DNA of 64,000 bases, taken from NCBI RefSeq assembly GCF_009914755.1, contig NC_060929.1, one strand, 5' to 3'. A program made the translations under genes and the position numbers. Below the pieces are notes generated by a model. That model was not told the origin of the DNA. It made no database searches and saw nothing but the letters and a program-made list of their open reading frames with translations. Below, in pieces: positions 37,436 to 50,747 of the stretch; position 1 is the first letter of the stretch, and each line of letters opens with the position of its first letter. The DNA is from the human T2T-CHM13v2.0 reference genome, Homo sapiens.

Positions 37436-38933
37436 TCAAACTGCTGTTCTTTAATTCATTTTTCCTAGTGTTTTGGCTACACACTCTGAGTCAAAGTTTT
37501 TCTACATACTTGTACCCAAAAATTTGAGAACAAGTATTCAAGGCTTTCCATTTATGATACAGTGAGGGTTAAACCACATGGAATCAAAGGCTAAGAAGTT
37601 AAAAGGATAGCTCTGAGTCATCCTGGGATGGTCACCAGCCTTCCAGAACCACTTTTCTAGGCCTCCTTCCACTTATTTCTGCTTTGATGGATGTTGATAT
37701 TACCATGTTCCTGCTTAAGTGTCTTGGTACCTCTATTTTGTTTTGGATTAAATGAGGTTTTAACAAGGCTTATGGAGTGATTCACTTGCATTATAATAAC
37801 AAATGGATTGAAAACATCCTTCTGTCTCTTTGGAATCCACCACTATTAGTGGACTATAATCCAGCTGGTGATAGAACGACAGAGAGCCAGGAGGCTATCA
37901 AAGAATGGGGAAAATGTAAAATTTCTTGTGATTTGTCAGCAAGGATGGAAAATCTGAGAAGTTTCAGAAAATGAATTCAAATCTGTGCCTCGATGGTTTG
38001 GCTTTCTAGAACAAATCCCTATAAATGTAAAGTGGGATTGGATTGGGGAGATAAAGTACCCTAAAAAGCATTTCAAACTTTATGTTTCTGATGTATCACT
38101 CTTTGAGAGGCCAGAAAAGAAATTCCGCGTTTATGTTTATTCTTCTAAAACTCTAAACCATGGAAATAGGTTGAGTAAGCACTTAAAATTTTAGAACTAG
38201 CAGGGTTTTCAGCATCAGAAAAAAGTTGCAAGTTAAATCAGAGCATGGTTATCCCCTAGGCAGAGATGCTAGTCTGGCACTAGGAATTCTGTTTCAAGTC
38301 TGTGGAACTCTCTAGGCAGGCAGGAATTTGGAATCTCGGTCCAAGGGTGCTAGACTCTGCTGCTTAGAGCAGATCCTCTCCAAAGGAAGCAAGATCATTA
38401 TCAAAACAAGAGAACAATTTCAGTTCCTGTTCATGATCCTGCTTAAGAGAAAAACAATTTGTAGAGTGAAGCTGATACTATCATGAGAAAAATGATGTGT
38501 CTTTCAACAAACTGCCAATTGAACCTTTTAAAATAAATGACTTCAATAAAGATGTTGAATGCAGGTCAATTTAGGGAATTAACTAATGACAAAAACAGAG
38601 ATCACAGGAAGTGATACAGTCCTCAAGCTGACAGATTTGAGAAGGAGGTTGCTGTATAGTAAGTTGCATATGACATGGATTAGCTACTCGATTCAGAGGG
38701 AAAATAGAGAAGCCTTAAACTTCAGAAGGCTCAAAACTGAGAAGCCACAACATGATATGCCTCAAACTGATTTCTTACCCTCATTTTTGCAGTGGCCAGC
38801 TGTGTGATCTGGGCAAGCCTCTTCTCTTTAGCGACTTCCTTTTCTTAATTTGTAAAATGGGGAACTTGGCTAACTCATCATTTAGATTTCTTTCACTTTT
38901 TATTTTCCTTATTTTTACTTTAGCTTTAGTGTA

Positions 38934-39030
38934 TGTTTGCTGGCAAAATTGAAACAGAAATACATTTAAATTACTATATAATGTGTTTGCTGGCAAAAAT
39001 AGAAACAAAAATACATTTTAATTGCAATTT
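38934..39030. repeat. ~50-bp imperfect tandem duplication
   Basis: TGTTTGCTGGCAAAATTGAAACAGAAATACATTTAAATT / TGTTTGCTGGCAAAAATAGAAACAAAAATACATTTTAATT. Confidence 0.9.
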
Positions 39031-39144
39031 AATTTTCAGACAATTGAATTTTCCCCAACCACTGAAGTTCATGGTTATCTCTGTCATCCCCAAACTCCAG
39101 AATGTTTGTGGCAGATATTCTTTATTGACACCTGTCAATGTTCT

Positions 39145-40060
39145 TTTTTTAAAATTTTATTTTATTATTATTATACTTTAAGTTTTAGGGTACATGTACA
39201 CAATGTGCAGGTTAGTTACATATGTATACATGTGCCACGCTGGTGTGCTGCACCCATTCACTCGTCATTTAGCATTAGGTATATTTCCTAATGCTATCCT
39301 TCCCCCCTCCCCCCACCCCACAACAGTCCCCAGAGTGTGATGTTCCCCTTCCTGTGTCCATGTGTTCTCATTGTTCAATTCCCACCTATGAGTGAGAACA
39401 TGCGGTGTTTGGTTTTTTGTCCTTGCGATAGTTTACTGAGAATGATGATTTCCAATTTCATCCATGTCCCTACAAAGGACATGAACTCATCATTTTTTAT
39501 GGCTGCATAGTACTCCATTGTGTATATGTGCCACATTTTCTTAATCCAGTCTATCATTGTTGGACATTTGGGTTGGTTCCAAGTCTTTGCTATTGTGAAT
39601 AGTGCCGCAATAAACATATGTGTGCATGTGTCTTTATAGCAGCATGATTTATAGTCCTTTGGGTATATACCCAGTAATGGGATGGCTGGGTCAAATGGTA
39701 TTTCTAGTTCTAGATCCCTGAGGAATCACCACACTGACTTCCATAAGGGTTCAACTAGTTTACAGTCCCACCAACAGTGTAAAAGTGTTCCTATTTCTCC
39801 ACATCCTCTCCAGCACCTGTTGTTTCCTGACTTTTTAATGATTGCCATTCTAACTGGTGTGAGATGGTATCTCATTGTGGTTTTGATTTGCATTTCTCTG
39901 ATGGCCAGTGATGATGAGCATTTTTTCATGTGTCTTTTGGCTGCATAAATGTCTTCTTTTGAGAAGTGTCTGTTCATGTCCTTCGCCCACTTTTTGATGG
40001 GGTTGTTTGTTTTTTTCTTGTAAATTTGTTTGAGTTCATTGTAGATTCTGGATATTAGCC
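39145..40060 (-). mobile_element. 5'-truncated young L1 (L1PA3-like), ~0.9 kb
   Basis: ORF2 C-terminus [24 protein letters not shown]... plus 3'UTR; perfect 17-bp TSD ACACCTGTCAATGTTCT at 39128-39144 and 40062-40078. Confidence 0.96.
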
Positions 40061-40180
40061 AACACCTGTCAATGTTCTAAAAGGGTTATTAGCTCTTTGA
40101 AGAGCAAGAATTGTACCTTATTTCATTTTACATCCCAAATGCTCAGTAGAGTAATTGCATGTAGTTGGTACCTACCACTA

Positions 40181-42694
40181 TGCTATAGTCTGAATGTTTG
40201 TTTCCACTCCCCATCCCAAATTCATATGTTGAAATGCTAATCCTCAATGTGATGGTATCAAGAAGTGGGGACTTTGGTTGATGTTTAGGTCATGGGGGAA
40301 GAGCCCTTATGAGTTGGATTAGTGCTTTTATAAAAGAGACTGGAGAGCTTCCTCACAATGGAAGCCATCATGAAGCCTTCCACACAGTGGCCACATGAGG
40401 ATGAGGCCATGACCATCTATGAACCAGGAAGTGAGCCTTCACCAGACACTAAATCTGCTGGTGCCTTGATCTTAGATTTCCTGGCCTCTGGGATGATGAG
40501 AAATACATTTCTGTTATTGATAAGTTACTTAGTCTATGGTATTTTGTTATACTGATCTGAATAAACTAAGAAAGAAATTAGTATGAAGAGGTAGGGCTGC
40601 TGCTGTAACAAATACCTAAAAATGTACAAGTGGCTTTGGAATAGGGTAATGGGGAGAGGATGGAAATTTCTGTGTGTGTGTGTGTGTGGAAACATGATTA
40701 TACATGTTTATGTAATGCATGTAATATTTTGATTCATGCATACAGCGTGTAATGGTCAAATGAGGGTACTTGGGATATCCATCACCTCAAATAACTATCA
40801 TTTCTTTGTGTTGGGAACATTCTGAATCTTCTCTTCTATATATTTCTGAAATATGGAATAAGCTGTTGTTAACCATAGTCATACTAAGTTTTGAGATGCA
40901 TGGTAGAGAAAGCTAATATTGCCACATGAAGGAACTTCTACATGTGATTCTGGTGATGGCTCAGAAAGATAGGAGAACTGTAGAGAAAGGCTTAATCTTA
41001 GAGATTATCTTAGTAATCATGAACAGATTGCAGGTAGAGATGTGGATGATAAAGGCCATTTTGATGAGACATTAGATGGAAATGAGAAACATGTTATTCA
41101 ACAATGAAGAAAAATTAATCCTTGTGACAAAGGGGCAAATAATTGAATTGTGTTCATGTGATGGCGTTTTGTGAAAGGTAGAAGTTGTGAGCAATGAAAC
41201 TAAATATTTAGCTGAATTGATTTCTAAGCAAAGTATTGAAGGTGCAGCTTGGCTCCTCCTGACTGCTTATATTGAAATGCAAAGACAGAAATGGCTTAAA
41301 AATTGAATTACTCAGAAAAAAGGAAGCAGAACATAAAGATTTGGAAAATTCTCAGTCTAATTATACTGAATAAAAAAAGAGAGAACACTAGTGGTGTTGT
41401 CAAGTCACTGTTTGATAAGGAGATACATATAGATCAGACAACTTAACAGAAGCTAGAAGCTTTTCTTCAAGACAGTGAAAGAATAACCCCAAAGACAATT
41501 CAGTGATCATTAAGCTGCTCCCATTACATGCCCAAAGTGCAAGGACCCAGGATGAAGAGTGGTTTCAAAGGAGGGGTTGCCTGTGCCTTTGAGACCTCAG
41601 CATGTGCTGCCTGGAACTGCCTCACATTACAAGCTCCACTCTTCACACTCTGGCACTGTGCTCTTTGGCCATTCCAGGTGTGGTTCCAGCAGCCCCCAGT
41701 GTGGTCTGGGCCATAGTGGCTGCCCTTCTGGAGGATACAGGGAGCAAACTTCCATGGCATCCACATGGTACTGGTGTGCAGAGTGCATAGACCAGGCCTG
41801 GGGCACAGGACTACCTCCATTTAGGTTTCAAAGGATGAAATTGACCAGAACAATAGGCCTATGACGGCAGCCCCAGAGAACTGCAGGGCTGGGGCCTGGG
41901 GTGAAAGTCACGTTGGGGCCATTATACTGGACTGTGGGCCACAGTGGGGCCATTATACTGACTTTGCCACCCCAGTGGGCCTGGAGGACAGAACACTGAG
42001 CCAAAGAAGATTACTCCTGAGCCTTAAGAACTGATAAAGCTTGCCTTGTAGTCTGCACTTATTTGGGAACTGGTACCATTTAGCCTCTCCTATTTCTCAT
42101 TTTGGAATTGAAATGTCTGTCCTATGTGTGTCCCAGCATTGTATTTGGAAGCACATAACTTGTTTGGTTTCACAAGCTCACAGCTGGAGGGAAATTTGCC
42201 TCAAGATGAATTATACCTTGAGTCTTACCCATATCTAATTTTGAGGATATTTAGATGAGACTTTGTATTTTGTATTTAAGTGTTGATACTGGTATTGGGA
42301 TGTAATGAATGTATTTTGCATGTGAAGACATGAATTTGGGCAGGGGAGGGGCAAGGGCAGTAGGTTGTAGACTGGATGCATGTGTTTCCCAAAATTTACA
42401 TGTTGAGATCCTAAGCCACAATGTGATTAGGTCACGATTGTGGAGCCCTGATGAATGGGATCAGTGCCCTTATAAAAGACACTCTGGAGAGCTTCCCTAC
42501 TGTGCTGCCATGTGAAGACACAGCCAGAAATTGCCCTCTATAAACAAAAAAGAGGGCTCTCACTAGACACTGAGTCTACTGGCACTTTGATCTTGGACTT
42601 TGCAGCCTCCAGAATTGTGAGAAATAAATTTATGTTGTTGGTAAGCCACTCAGTCTTCGGTGTTCTGTTATAGCAGTTGGAACAGACTAAGACA
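40181..42694 (+). mobile_element. MLT1A-type MaLR element: LTR (~40181-40571), internal region, LTR (~42362-42694)
   Basis: Two similar LTRs (CCAGACACTAAATCTGCTGGTGCCTTGATCTTAGATTTCC / CTAGACACTGAGTCTACTGGCACTTTGATCTTGGACTTT) flank MaLR-internal motifs such as TGTAACAAATACCTAAAAATGTACAAGTGGCTTTGGAA. Confidence 0.88.
40690..40886 (-). mobile_element. Short L1MA 3' end inserted in the MLT1A internal region, with (TG)n at the tail side
   Basis: GTAATGGTCAAATGAGGGTACTTGGGATATCCATCACCTCAAA...TTTCTTTGTGTTGGGAACATT. Confidence 0.8.
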
Positions 42695-42744
42695 TACCAC
42701 TACTACCAATGTTGACAACAATTAGAAGCAGTAATAGTATAATC

Positions 42745-42950
42745 AGTAATAGTTATCATTTATTTAGTGCTTACTATGTGGTAGGCATGGTGGAAGCCAT
42801 TTCATGTACTTCTTTTTCAGGCTTCATGAGATGAGAAATAAAGGGATTGAGCAACTTGCCCAAAGTCACACAGCCCATAAGTGACAAAGCCAGGATTTGA
42901 CACATAAGCCAAGTCTGTATGTCTCTAAAGCCACAATCTTACCCACCACA
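42745..42950 (-). mobile_element. MIR
   Basis: CATTTATTTAGTGCTTACTATGTGGTAGGCA...AACTTGCCCAAAGTCACACAGC...GCCAGGATTTGA. Confidence 0.75.
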
Positions 42951-43149
42951 GTGTGCTTTTATCTTCCAAAATTTCTTAAATAGCTAATTAGAAGTCATTC
43001 TTAATAATACCTATTATAAATTTTTAAGGCTCTTTACCACAAGTTTATGGTTTTTTTTTTTTTTGATGGTATTACAAAGACATTTCAAGTTGGAGATGGT
43101 AATACCAGGTATATTGTGGAAGGAAATGTTTATCATGACTATTTTCAGA

Positions 43150-43690
43150 GACTGTTTTTTTCATTTGTTGAGTGAAAAAACAAACTACATTAAGGAAAGA
43201 AATTGACTCGCTAATTTTATAGAAAAATCTGGGAGAAGCCTATCCAGGTGACTTAGTCATGACATTTCTTGCTTTATATTTTTATCTCTTGGTTCTCCTT
43301 TTCTTCCTTCCCCTGCCTCTTCCAGCAGGCTCATCTCTGTGGTAGACAATATTACTCCAAGAGTTCTAGATCTTCAGTCTAGATGGTTCATGATTCCGGA
43401 AGAAGAGAAATATCTTTCCTGATAATCTGGCAACAGTCCTAGGATGGACACTGGCTGACATAACTTGGGGTATATGGCCATCCTTAAACCAATCAGTGTG
43501 TCCAGAGAGGATGAAGCATTCTGTTAGGGTGATAAGGCCTGTGTGATATGACTATACTTGTGACTCAGGAGACTAGAGAGAGTCTAGATGAGAGCCTCAA
43601 CCAAAGCACATGAGGTGAGCAAGAATACAATGAAGGGGGTGGGGTGGTACTCCAAATAAAAGAATGATGTACATAAACATCACAGGCCTA
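43150..43690 (-). mobile_element. Old MLT1 (I/J-type) LTR remnant
   Basis: CAGGCTCATCTCTGTGGTAGACAA ... GGCCATCCTTAAACCAATCAGTGTGTCCAGAG motifs. Confidence 0.5.
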
Positions 43691-46600
43691 CCACAAAATC
43701 TCCAGTTTTTTCATTGCTTTAACAACTGGTGTCCTTTCTAGTGTATCGGAAAGAACAGAGGGCTGTTGTAAAGGGAGCTTGACTCATGTCACTTTTTGGC
43801 CTCTGACAATTTGTGGAGTCTTAGACAAGTCATTTATCCTCTTTTGGTTTTAGTTTCTTCACCTTTAAAAATGAGAGGTAGGATGATTTGATCTTTTTTG
43901 AGCCATTCCAACTCTGGCATTCTAAGTGCTAGTGATAATTATCACATCCTTTGACTGGCAACAAAAGTCAGTGACTGATTTTTAATACAGATTGATGATT
44001 TTATGCTTTCTTTAAAAAGCCTAGTTATTATCTACAGTAAATTAATGCATCCTGTTAAATTCTGACATGTATAAAGCACACCATTGAAGATAAGCAATCT
44101 GCCATGGTAAGCTGGTCTATGAAAATGGTGCAAGAGATGTGTTATTAGTTTTCTGTGCATTCATAACATTTCTGTGTATTTACATGAGTGAGCTCCACAG
44201 GGACAGTGATCGTGTCTAGCTTGTTCAATGACTAGCTCAGCTCTTGATGTCTAGTAAGTGTGTAGAAAGTATTTGTTGAAAGACTAAATAAAGTGGAAAA
44301 AAAGATATATAATTTCTTGAAGCTCATAAATGAAGCTTTAAGAGCCTTCTTCAGTATGTGACTGTATATAACCAAAGCAAATATTTTAGATGAAAATAAA
44401 ACAAATAGTAAATGACATTAATGGGGTTTAACCCTAATCAGTCCAAGTTTACAACTCAAGAACTTTTAGTGGTTATATCATATTTTCTCTCAAGGGACCT
44501 CAAAGATCAAAGTCCAATTCCTTCTGGCTCTCATAATTGGCTACTTTCTAATGTCCCAAACGGATTATGTTATTGAGAAATAAATTGAAGTATATCATAC
44601 CTTTGTACCTTGTTTCAATCTAGTTTTAGGGTGTTTTCTTATGTAGGATAACTTTTTGGACCTCTTTTTACCATAATTACATTTGACCCAATTTTGGGGG
44701 CTGAAGAAAAGAGTTTTGGGTCCTATTATCTTTCAAGTATATTCAATATTTTTTTAATGTGCAGGATACACTAAAATATCATGGCTGGGTTACTTTTTCA
44801 AAATATGACTTTCTCCATGACGTTTTCTTAACTAAGAACAGGGTCTTCAATTTGCATTTTTAGATCCTCCAGTATTGATTTCAACTCACCTATTATATTT
44901 TGTTTTCCACTACTACTCTGTCTAAGGACCTGTGGTCCAGGTGGGCCAGTCATTTTAACTCTCATCTGTAGTGTTCACTGTTCAACTGTACCCTGTCTTG
45001 ACACTATCCATCAGTCAAAAACTTTCCCATTAACCAATGACATAATTGAAATCCATATTATCCATAGAGATTCCCAAAACTGTAACCTAGATAAATTTCT
45101 CTTACTTGAATTTTTACATCATGCATGGATTGAAACCTGCATTTCCCAAATTGCTCCAAAGAACACATGTTTGGAGAAAAGGTTTCAGGGATCAAAGTGG
45201 TTTGGGAAATTTCAGTATTCGTGGAAAAGAATTTGGGAAATTACAGTATGAGTTTCTTGAGGGCAGAGAATAAGTGTATTAAGTCTTTATCCTCTCAGTG
45301 CCGATATAGTGCTTGTCACAGATCTAGCATTCAACAAATGTAGAATAAATTAATAATTGCTTAAAATTTAGTCCCTCTTTATGTACTGGGTTATATTACT
45401 TTCTTTTCAGTTTTATATTTAAATTTTTATATGGAAATGGAAATATTCTTAAGGACAGCTCCCATGTCTTCTAAGTTTGTATTTTTCACTGCATTTAGTG
45501 CAGAACTTGTCATCTGAATGGTAATGAATAGAAGCTTGTTGTGTTACTCTAACATGATCATTTGAACCACTATGTGTATAGGTATAGTATAATCAATGTT
45601 ATTTTGAAAGTTGGAATACAGTATAACATCCTGATTACTATTCTACTTTTTAGGATTCACTCTGAAGCAGCTGTTTCAATTTTGCATTTGGCTAATATTT
45701 GTTGGTTCTTTCTCTTACTTACAGGAATAAGTATATTCATTCTATTTCTTCTCTTACAAAGCTTGGGTATATGTGACCACTGTGAGAAAAATTGCATTGA
45801 ATGGGCCCTTAACCTAACTTTGTAGAAACCACTGGATGTCTTTATAGCCCTTAAAAGGGAAGAATTTATAAATCAGAAGTTTTCTAAGGCAGAAACTCAA
45901 TAATTTAAAATAATAACCAGGCATTTGATCAATTACTTGCAGATATGCTGACCATGCTAAAAATTTTTGGCAGAGAGATTTCTCTAACATCCCCTTACCA
46001 CAACTGTTTTTCCCTGAGATTACACCCTCTTGAACTGGAAGCAGATAGTTTTCTATAAAAGAATTCATATATTTTGTAAGCTAGTTTTCTTAGCTAGTTT
46101 CTGGCTGTGTGCTATAGATTGTGAACATGATGATATATATTTAAGTTTGATTTTTCTAGTCCCTGATTCATTATTTGCTTGTTTTATTTATGGCTACCTG
46201 CTAGAATTGGTTTAAATAAATTAGAGTTTCAAGAAATTCTAATTATTATAGCCTAATCTTATCTAATAATTGTTCTAATAATTCTAAAAATAGATTAGTT
46301 TCAATAAAGTCATAAAAATGGTTATGAATTTATATTTACGTGGCCTTAGGAGCTTAAGAAAGATAAGCATTTTAAAACAAATCAGCTAAGTAACTGTGAT
46401 TACCAAAACATAAAGAACTTACAATAAAAGGATAGATTCCAAAAGATGGAAACAATGTCTCTTCCAAGATTAACTAGGCAAGTTCTCCAGCTCTTTCTCT
46501 CTCCAGAATAGAAAGCATAGGTGTTAACTCATATAATGGGATGACTATCTTGTAATAATTGCCTTTTTGCAGCTTCTTGGGTGGATATTTTCCTTTCTTT

Positions 46601-47366
46601 TGTATGAAAAAAATTTACAGCTTTCCTTCAAACAATTCATATGAAGGGGCTCAGATGCAGGAATCTTAATTTTAATCCCAAAGGACAATTAAAAATGCTG
46701 CACATATACTTTACCCCTGGCGTTCATCAAAGACTCCTTTCTTTTTCCATGGACTCCTTCCCAGTTTACATCTCTGGCACTTTCCCAAATCCCCCATTTT
46801 TACTTCTTAACTAAATGTTCAAGCCTTTTATAAAGTATTAGTGACAATATAAACCATTAGTTGGCAGCTCTCTAAGACTTTGGGGCTGCATGCCCATCTG
46901 ACAGCAAGGTTTATGGATGGTTGACAATACAATTTCTAAGGGCGTGTTTATACTTTTAAAGATTGGCATCATTTATTTTCACTTAGGAGCTTCAGTGATT
47001 CCATTTCCTTGTGGTCTTTTGAGATATGACCCTTAACCACCACACAGTGACATGTGTGGTCCAAAGACAAGCAGTATGGTCTCTGTTTAATAGTAAATGT
47101 CTCTTCTCTCCCTTTTGCAAAACACATTCAGTGCTCTGGGCAAATCTGCTTCACCCTTCACTGCAAGAAAAAGCCAACATGGAGACAGTAGACAAGCCTC
47201 ACTGGGAGCTCTTGGCTTCTGATGACATAAAATTGGTAAAAGTAGAATCATGGACAGCAGCTATTGCCACATGCAGCTACAGTTAATTTTGTTGTCTTCT
47301 TGAGTTTCTTGCAGAGGATGAGCAGGCATGGAACTTCACACTTATAATTGAAAGCAATCATATGAC

Positions 47367-47390
47367 TCTGTGTGTGTGTGTGTGTGTGTG
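47367..47390. repeat. (TG)n microsatellite
   Basis: Perfect TG run. Confidence 0.95.
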
Positions 47391-49416
47391 CTAGGGAGAT
47401 GGGGAAAGTAAGAATGTGGGCTACCCTATGTACAACAGCTCAAGCTGAATCCTTGTGTATCTGATGGTAGTAGCAACATTTGAATAGAACTTCATAATTA
47501 AATAATATTTTTACTTACATTATGACATTTGTTTATAATATCAGCTTTGTATTCAGGATACTTCAGTATAATGTTCAATCCCCTTCATTTGGTTGAAGAA
47601 GGCCTTCTGGTCTACCTCCTATTTGCCTCATCAATGTTTCTTTCATCTCTCCCTTCCTGGGACTCTATCCTCCAGCTAGACTGAACTGTTCATTACTAAG
47701 TCGCAAACTGTTTCTTGCCTTCGAATCTTTGGATATCTGTTCTCTTTGCCAAATCCCCTTTTTGTCCAACTCCTTTCAAGAAGCCTGTCTTCACCACTAC
47801 TAGATAAGTAGTTCTTCCTATGTGTGTCCTGAACGCCCTACATATCACCTAGTATCATAGAGCACCTAATCCTATATTTCAGTTCTCTGCTTGTTTATCT
47901 TCCTCACTGACTGAAACTCCTTGAAGGCAGGAATCATATTTTCTCAATGTCTATAGCCCTGGGTTTTGGCACACACCTATCAAATACAACTATTTCTTGA
48001 ATTATTTTGTTGGGTGAGGTAGGGCAGCTTTTATCATTGCCATCTTTCAGATAAGTGAGTGAAAATTCAAAAAGGATGAAAAGTCCTACCAATAGATATA
48101 TACCTAAAAGCAAGTAACAGTTGTAGAACAGAAAAATCAACAAGGGCCATACTACTACAACTACTAATGATGATAATGATTATGATAAATTTTACTTTTT
48201 AAGAACCATGAGAGTTCTTAAAAGCCATACATATTAACTCATTAAATCCTCAGATCAACTCTTTAATGTGAATGTTCATACTATCCCCTTTACCATTGAA
48301 GGATTTAAGCTTCAGAGAGGTTCATTAACTTATCCAAAGCCATACAGCTTGATGGGAGAGTCCCTAATTCCAGTACTTGTCCTTCATCTGCTCTCCTTGC
48401 TGTTTCTTAGAGATTTTGATTAAATGTTCAGGCTCTCTTCCACTGTGCTACATCAAGTAGCAGCCAATTATTAAAAGAATAAGATAGCAAATCAATTGGT
48501 TGTTTGCCTGCAAGTTGTTAAACATTGGTCTGACTAGGTGAATTTCAATGAATTGATATATCAAGTCCAAATTAATCCTGTTCAGACTACTATTGATTCT
48601 ATAGACTCTATAATCTTTCTCACCTCAAGTAACCTAGCTAAATTTAAATTTGCAGGCACAGAACCTAAGGACCTTAGAATGTATGGGGGAAAGTCCCAAA
48701 TCTTCACTCTTGCCCTGAGGAATATATAAGGGTTGTTTCTTCCTGATACCCCTTCTTACATGTCACAATCAGATGCAAAATTGTTTATCTCGGTGGTCTG
48801 GCAATTCATGTAGTTGTAATGGGTTTGTATTTTGCTGAGTTATAAACAGAATCGGTTGGAATTGACAGGCCTACTCTCTTCCTCCTTTGTGCTGCCCATC
48901 CCTGAGCACCCACTGCTCACGAAACCCTAATGAAATGGTGCTCTAGTAAGTTAAGAATGTGTAGTCTCTGCCCTTTTCCCACCAGATTAGAAGCCCCTTA
49001 CAGGGAAGGAGCACATCTAATTCATCACTACTTCCAAAGCTGGGACATTTGCTTGAGCTCAGTATATGTGTGTTGAATAAATGAGCTGCTTTGGCATTGA
49101 TAGGACGAATCAGCCTGAAAGCCCTTCCTCTTTCTATAGCATTTTCCATTTTCATTTCAATTGTGTGGGGTAGTCGTGTTTATATGTATTCTTTCTCCAG
49201 CCTAAAGCATCATGCCTCTTTTAGTTGGTAGCATTATTTATGGTATCTTAGATGGTGATCCAAGACTATAACTACTGTGAAACATTAATATCTTATCTTT
49301 AAATGATATTATAGCATTTCCTGAAGATGTTTCAAATGCCTTATAAAATCATCAAATTAACATGACAGCTTCTTATTGTTTGTATTACCAGGTACCCTGC
49401 TTTATGTTCAAGCTCA

Positions 49417-50715
49417 GTTTTTTAAAAAACAGCTTAGTGAGGTATTATTGACATGCAAACTATGTATTTTTAAAGTGCATGATTTGATAAGTTTTAATAT
49501 ATGTATAAAAACCACGAAGCTATCACCACAATCAAGAAAGTGAACAAATCTGTCACAAGGGCAAGTTTCCTTGTTCCCCTTTGTAATCATTTTCTCTTAA
49601 CCCTTCCCACTCTCTCCCCCATCATTGGGCAATTACTGATCTGTTTCCTGTAACCATAAATCACTTTGCACTTTCTTAAGTTTTATGTAAATGGAGTCAC
49701 AAAAGATGTATTTCTCGTTACCTCACTTTTATTACTCAGTATAATTTGTTTTGCTATTCATCATTGTGTATATCAATAGTTAATTCACTTTTATTGCTGA
49801 GTAATATTCTATTGTATAAGTGATATATCATAATTTGTTTAGGCATTTACTCGTTGGTGGGCCTTTGGTTTGTTTCAAGTTTTTGGCTAGTATGAATAGA
49901 GTGGCTGTGAATATATGAATATATGTTGTTATTTTGGGGGATAAATACCTAGGAATGGAATGGCTGAATTGTATGGTAGGTGTTACAGGTTGAATTATAT
50001 TCCTCAAAAACAACATTTTGAAGTTCTAACCCCAAGTACTTCAGAATGTGCCCTTTTTTTGAAATAGGATCTTCACAGAGATAATCAAGTTAAAATAAAG
50101 TCATCATGGTAAACTCTAATCCAATATAACTACTATTCTTATAAAAAAGGAAATTTTGACAAAAACCTGCACACAGGGAGGATGCCATATAAAGATAAAG
50201 GTAGAGATTGGGGTTATGGTTCTAGCCAAGAAGTGCCAAAGATTGCCAGTCAAGCATCAGAAGCCAGGGAGGAGCCTGGAACAGATTCTTCCTCACAGAC
50301 CTCCGAAGGAACCAACCTGGAATTCTGTCCTCCAAAACTGTAAGATAATAAATTTCCAATGCTTAAGCCACCCAGTTTATGGTACTTTGTTATAGCAGCC
50401 CTAGCAAACGAATACAGTAAGTGTACATTTAATGTTTTAAAAATCTCCCAACTGTTTTCAAAGTGATTATACCGTTTTACATTCTCAGCCCAGTTAGAGA
50501 GTTAATTTTCATTTCCCTAGTAACTAGTGATGTTGAACATCTTTCATGTGCTTATCTGCTGTCTATATATCGTCTTTGATGAATTATCTGTTCAAATCCT
50601 TTACTCATTTTTAATTGAGTTGTTTGCTTTATTATTATTGCCTTTAAGAGTTCTTTTTGTTTTCTACATATAAGTTATTTATCAGATGTGATTTGAAAAA
50701 AATTTTCTCCTGGTC
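49417..50715 (-). mobile_element. Old L1M (MB/MC-type) 3' fragment interrupted by MLT1
   Basis: Antisense L1 3' motifs on both sides of the LTR (CCTAGGAATGGAATGGCTGAATTGTATGGTAG|GTAAGTGTACATTTAA...AACTGTTTTCAAAGTG). Confidence 0.8.
49981..50416 (+). mobile_element. MLT1B/C solo LTR
   Basis: TGTTACAGGTTGAATTATATTCCTCAAAAA...GTTATAGCAGCCCTAGCAAACGAATACA; TSD GTAGG/GTAAG. Confidence 0.9.
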
Positions 50716-50747
50716 TTAGTCTTAAAAATAAGAAGTCCTAGTCTTCT

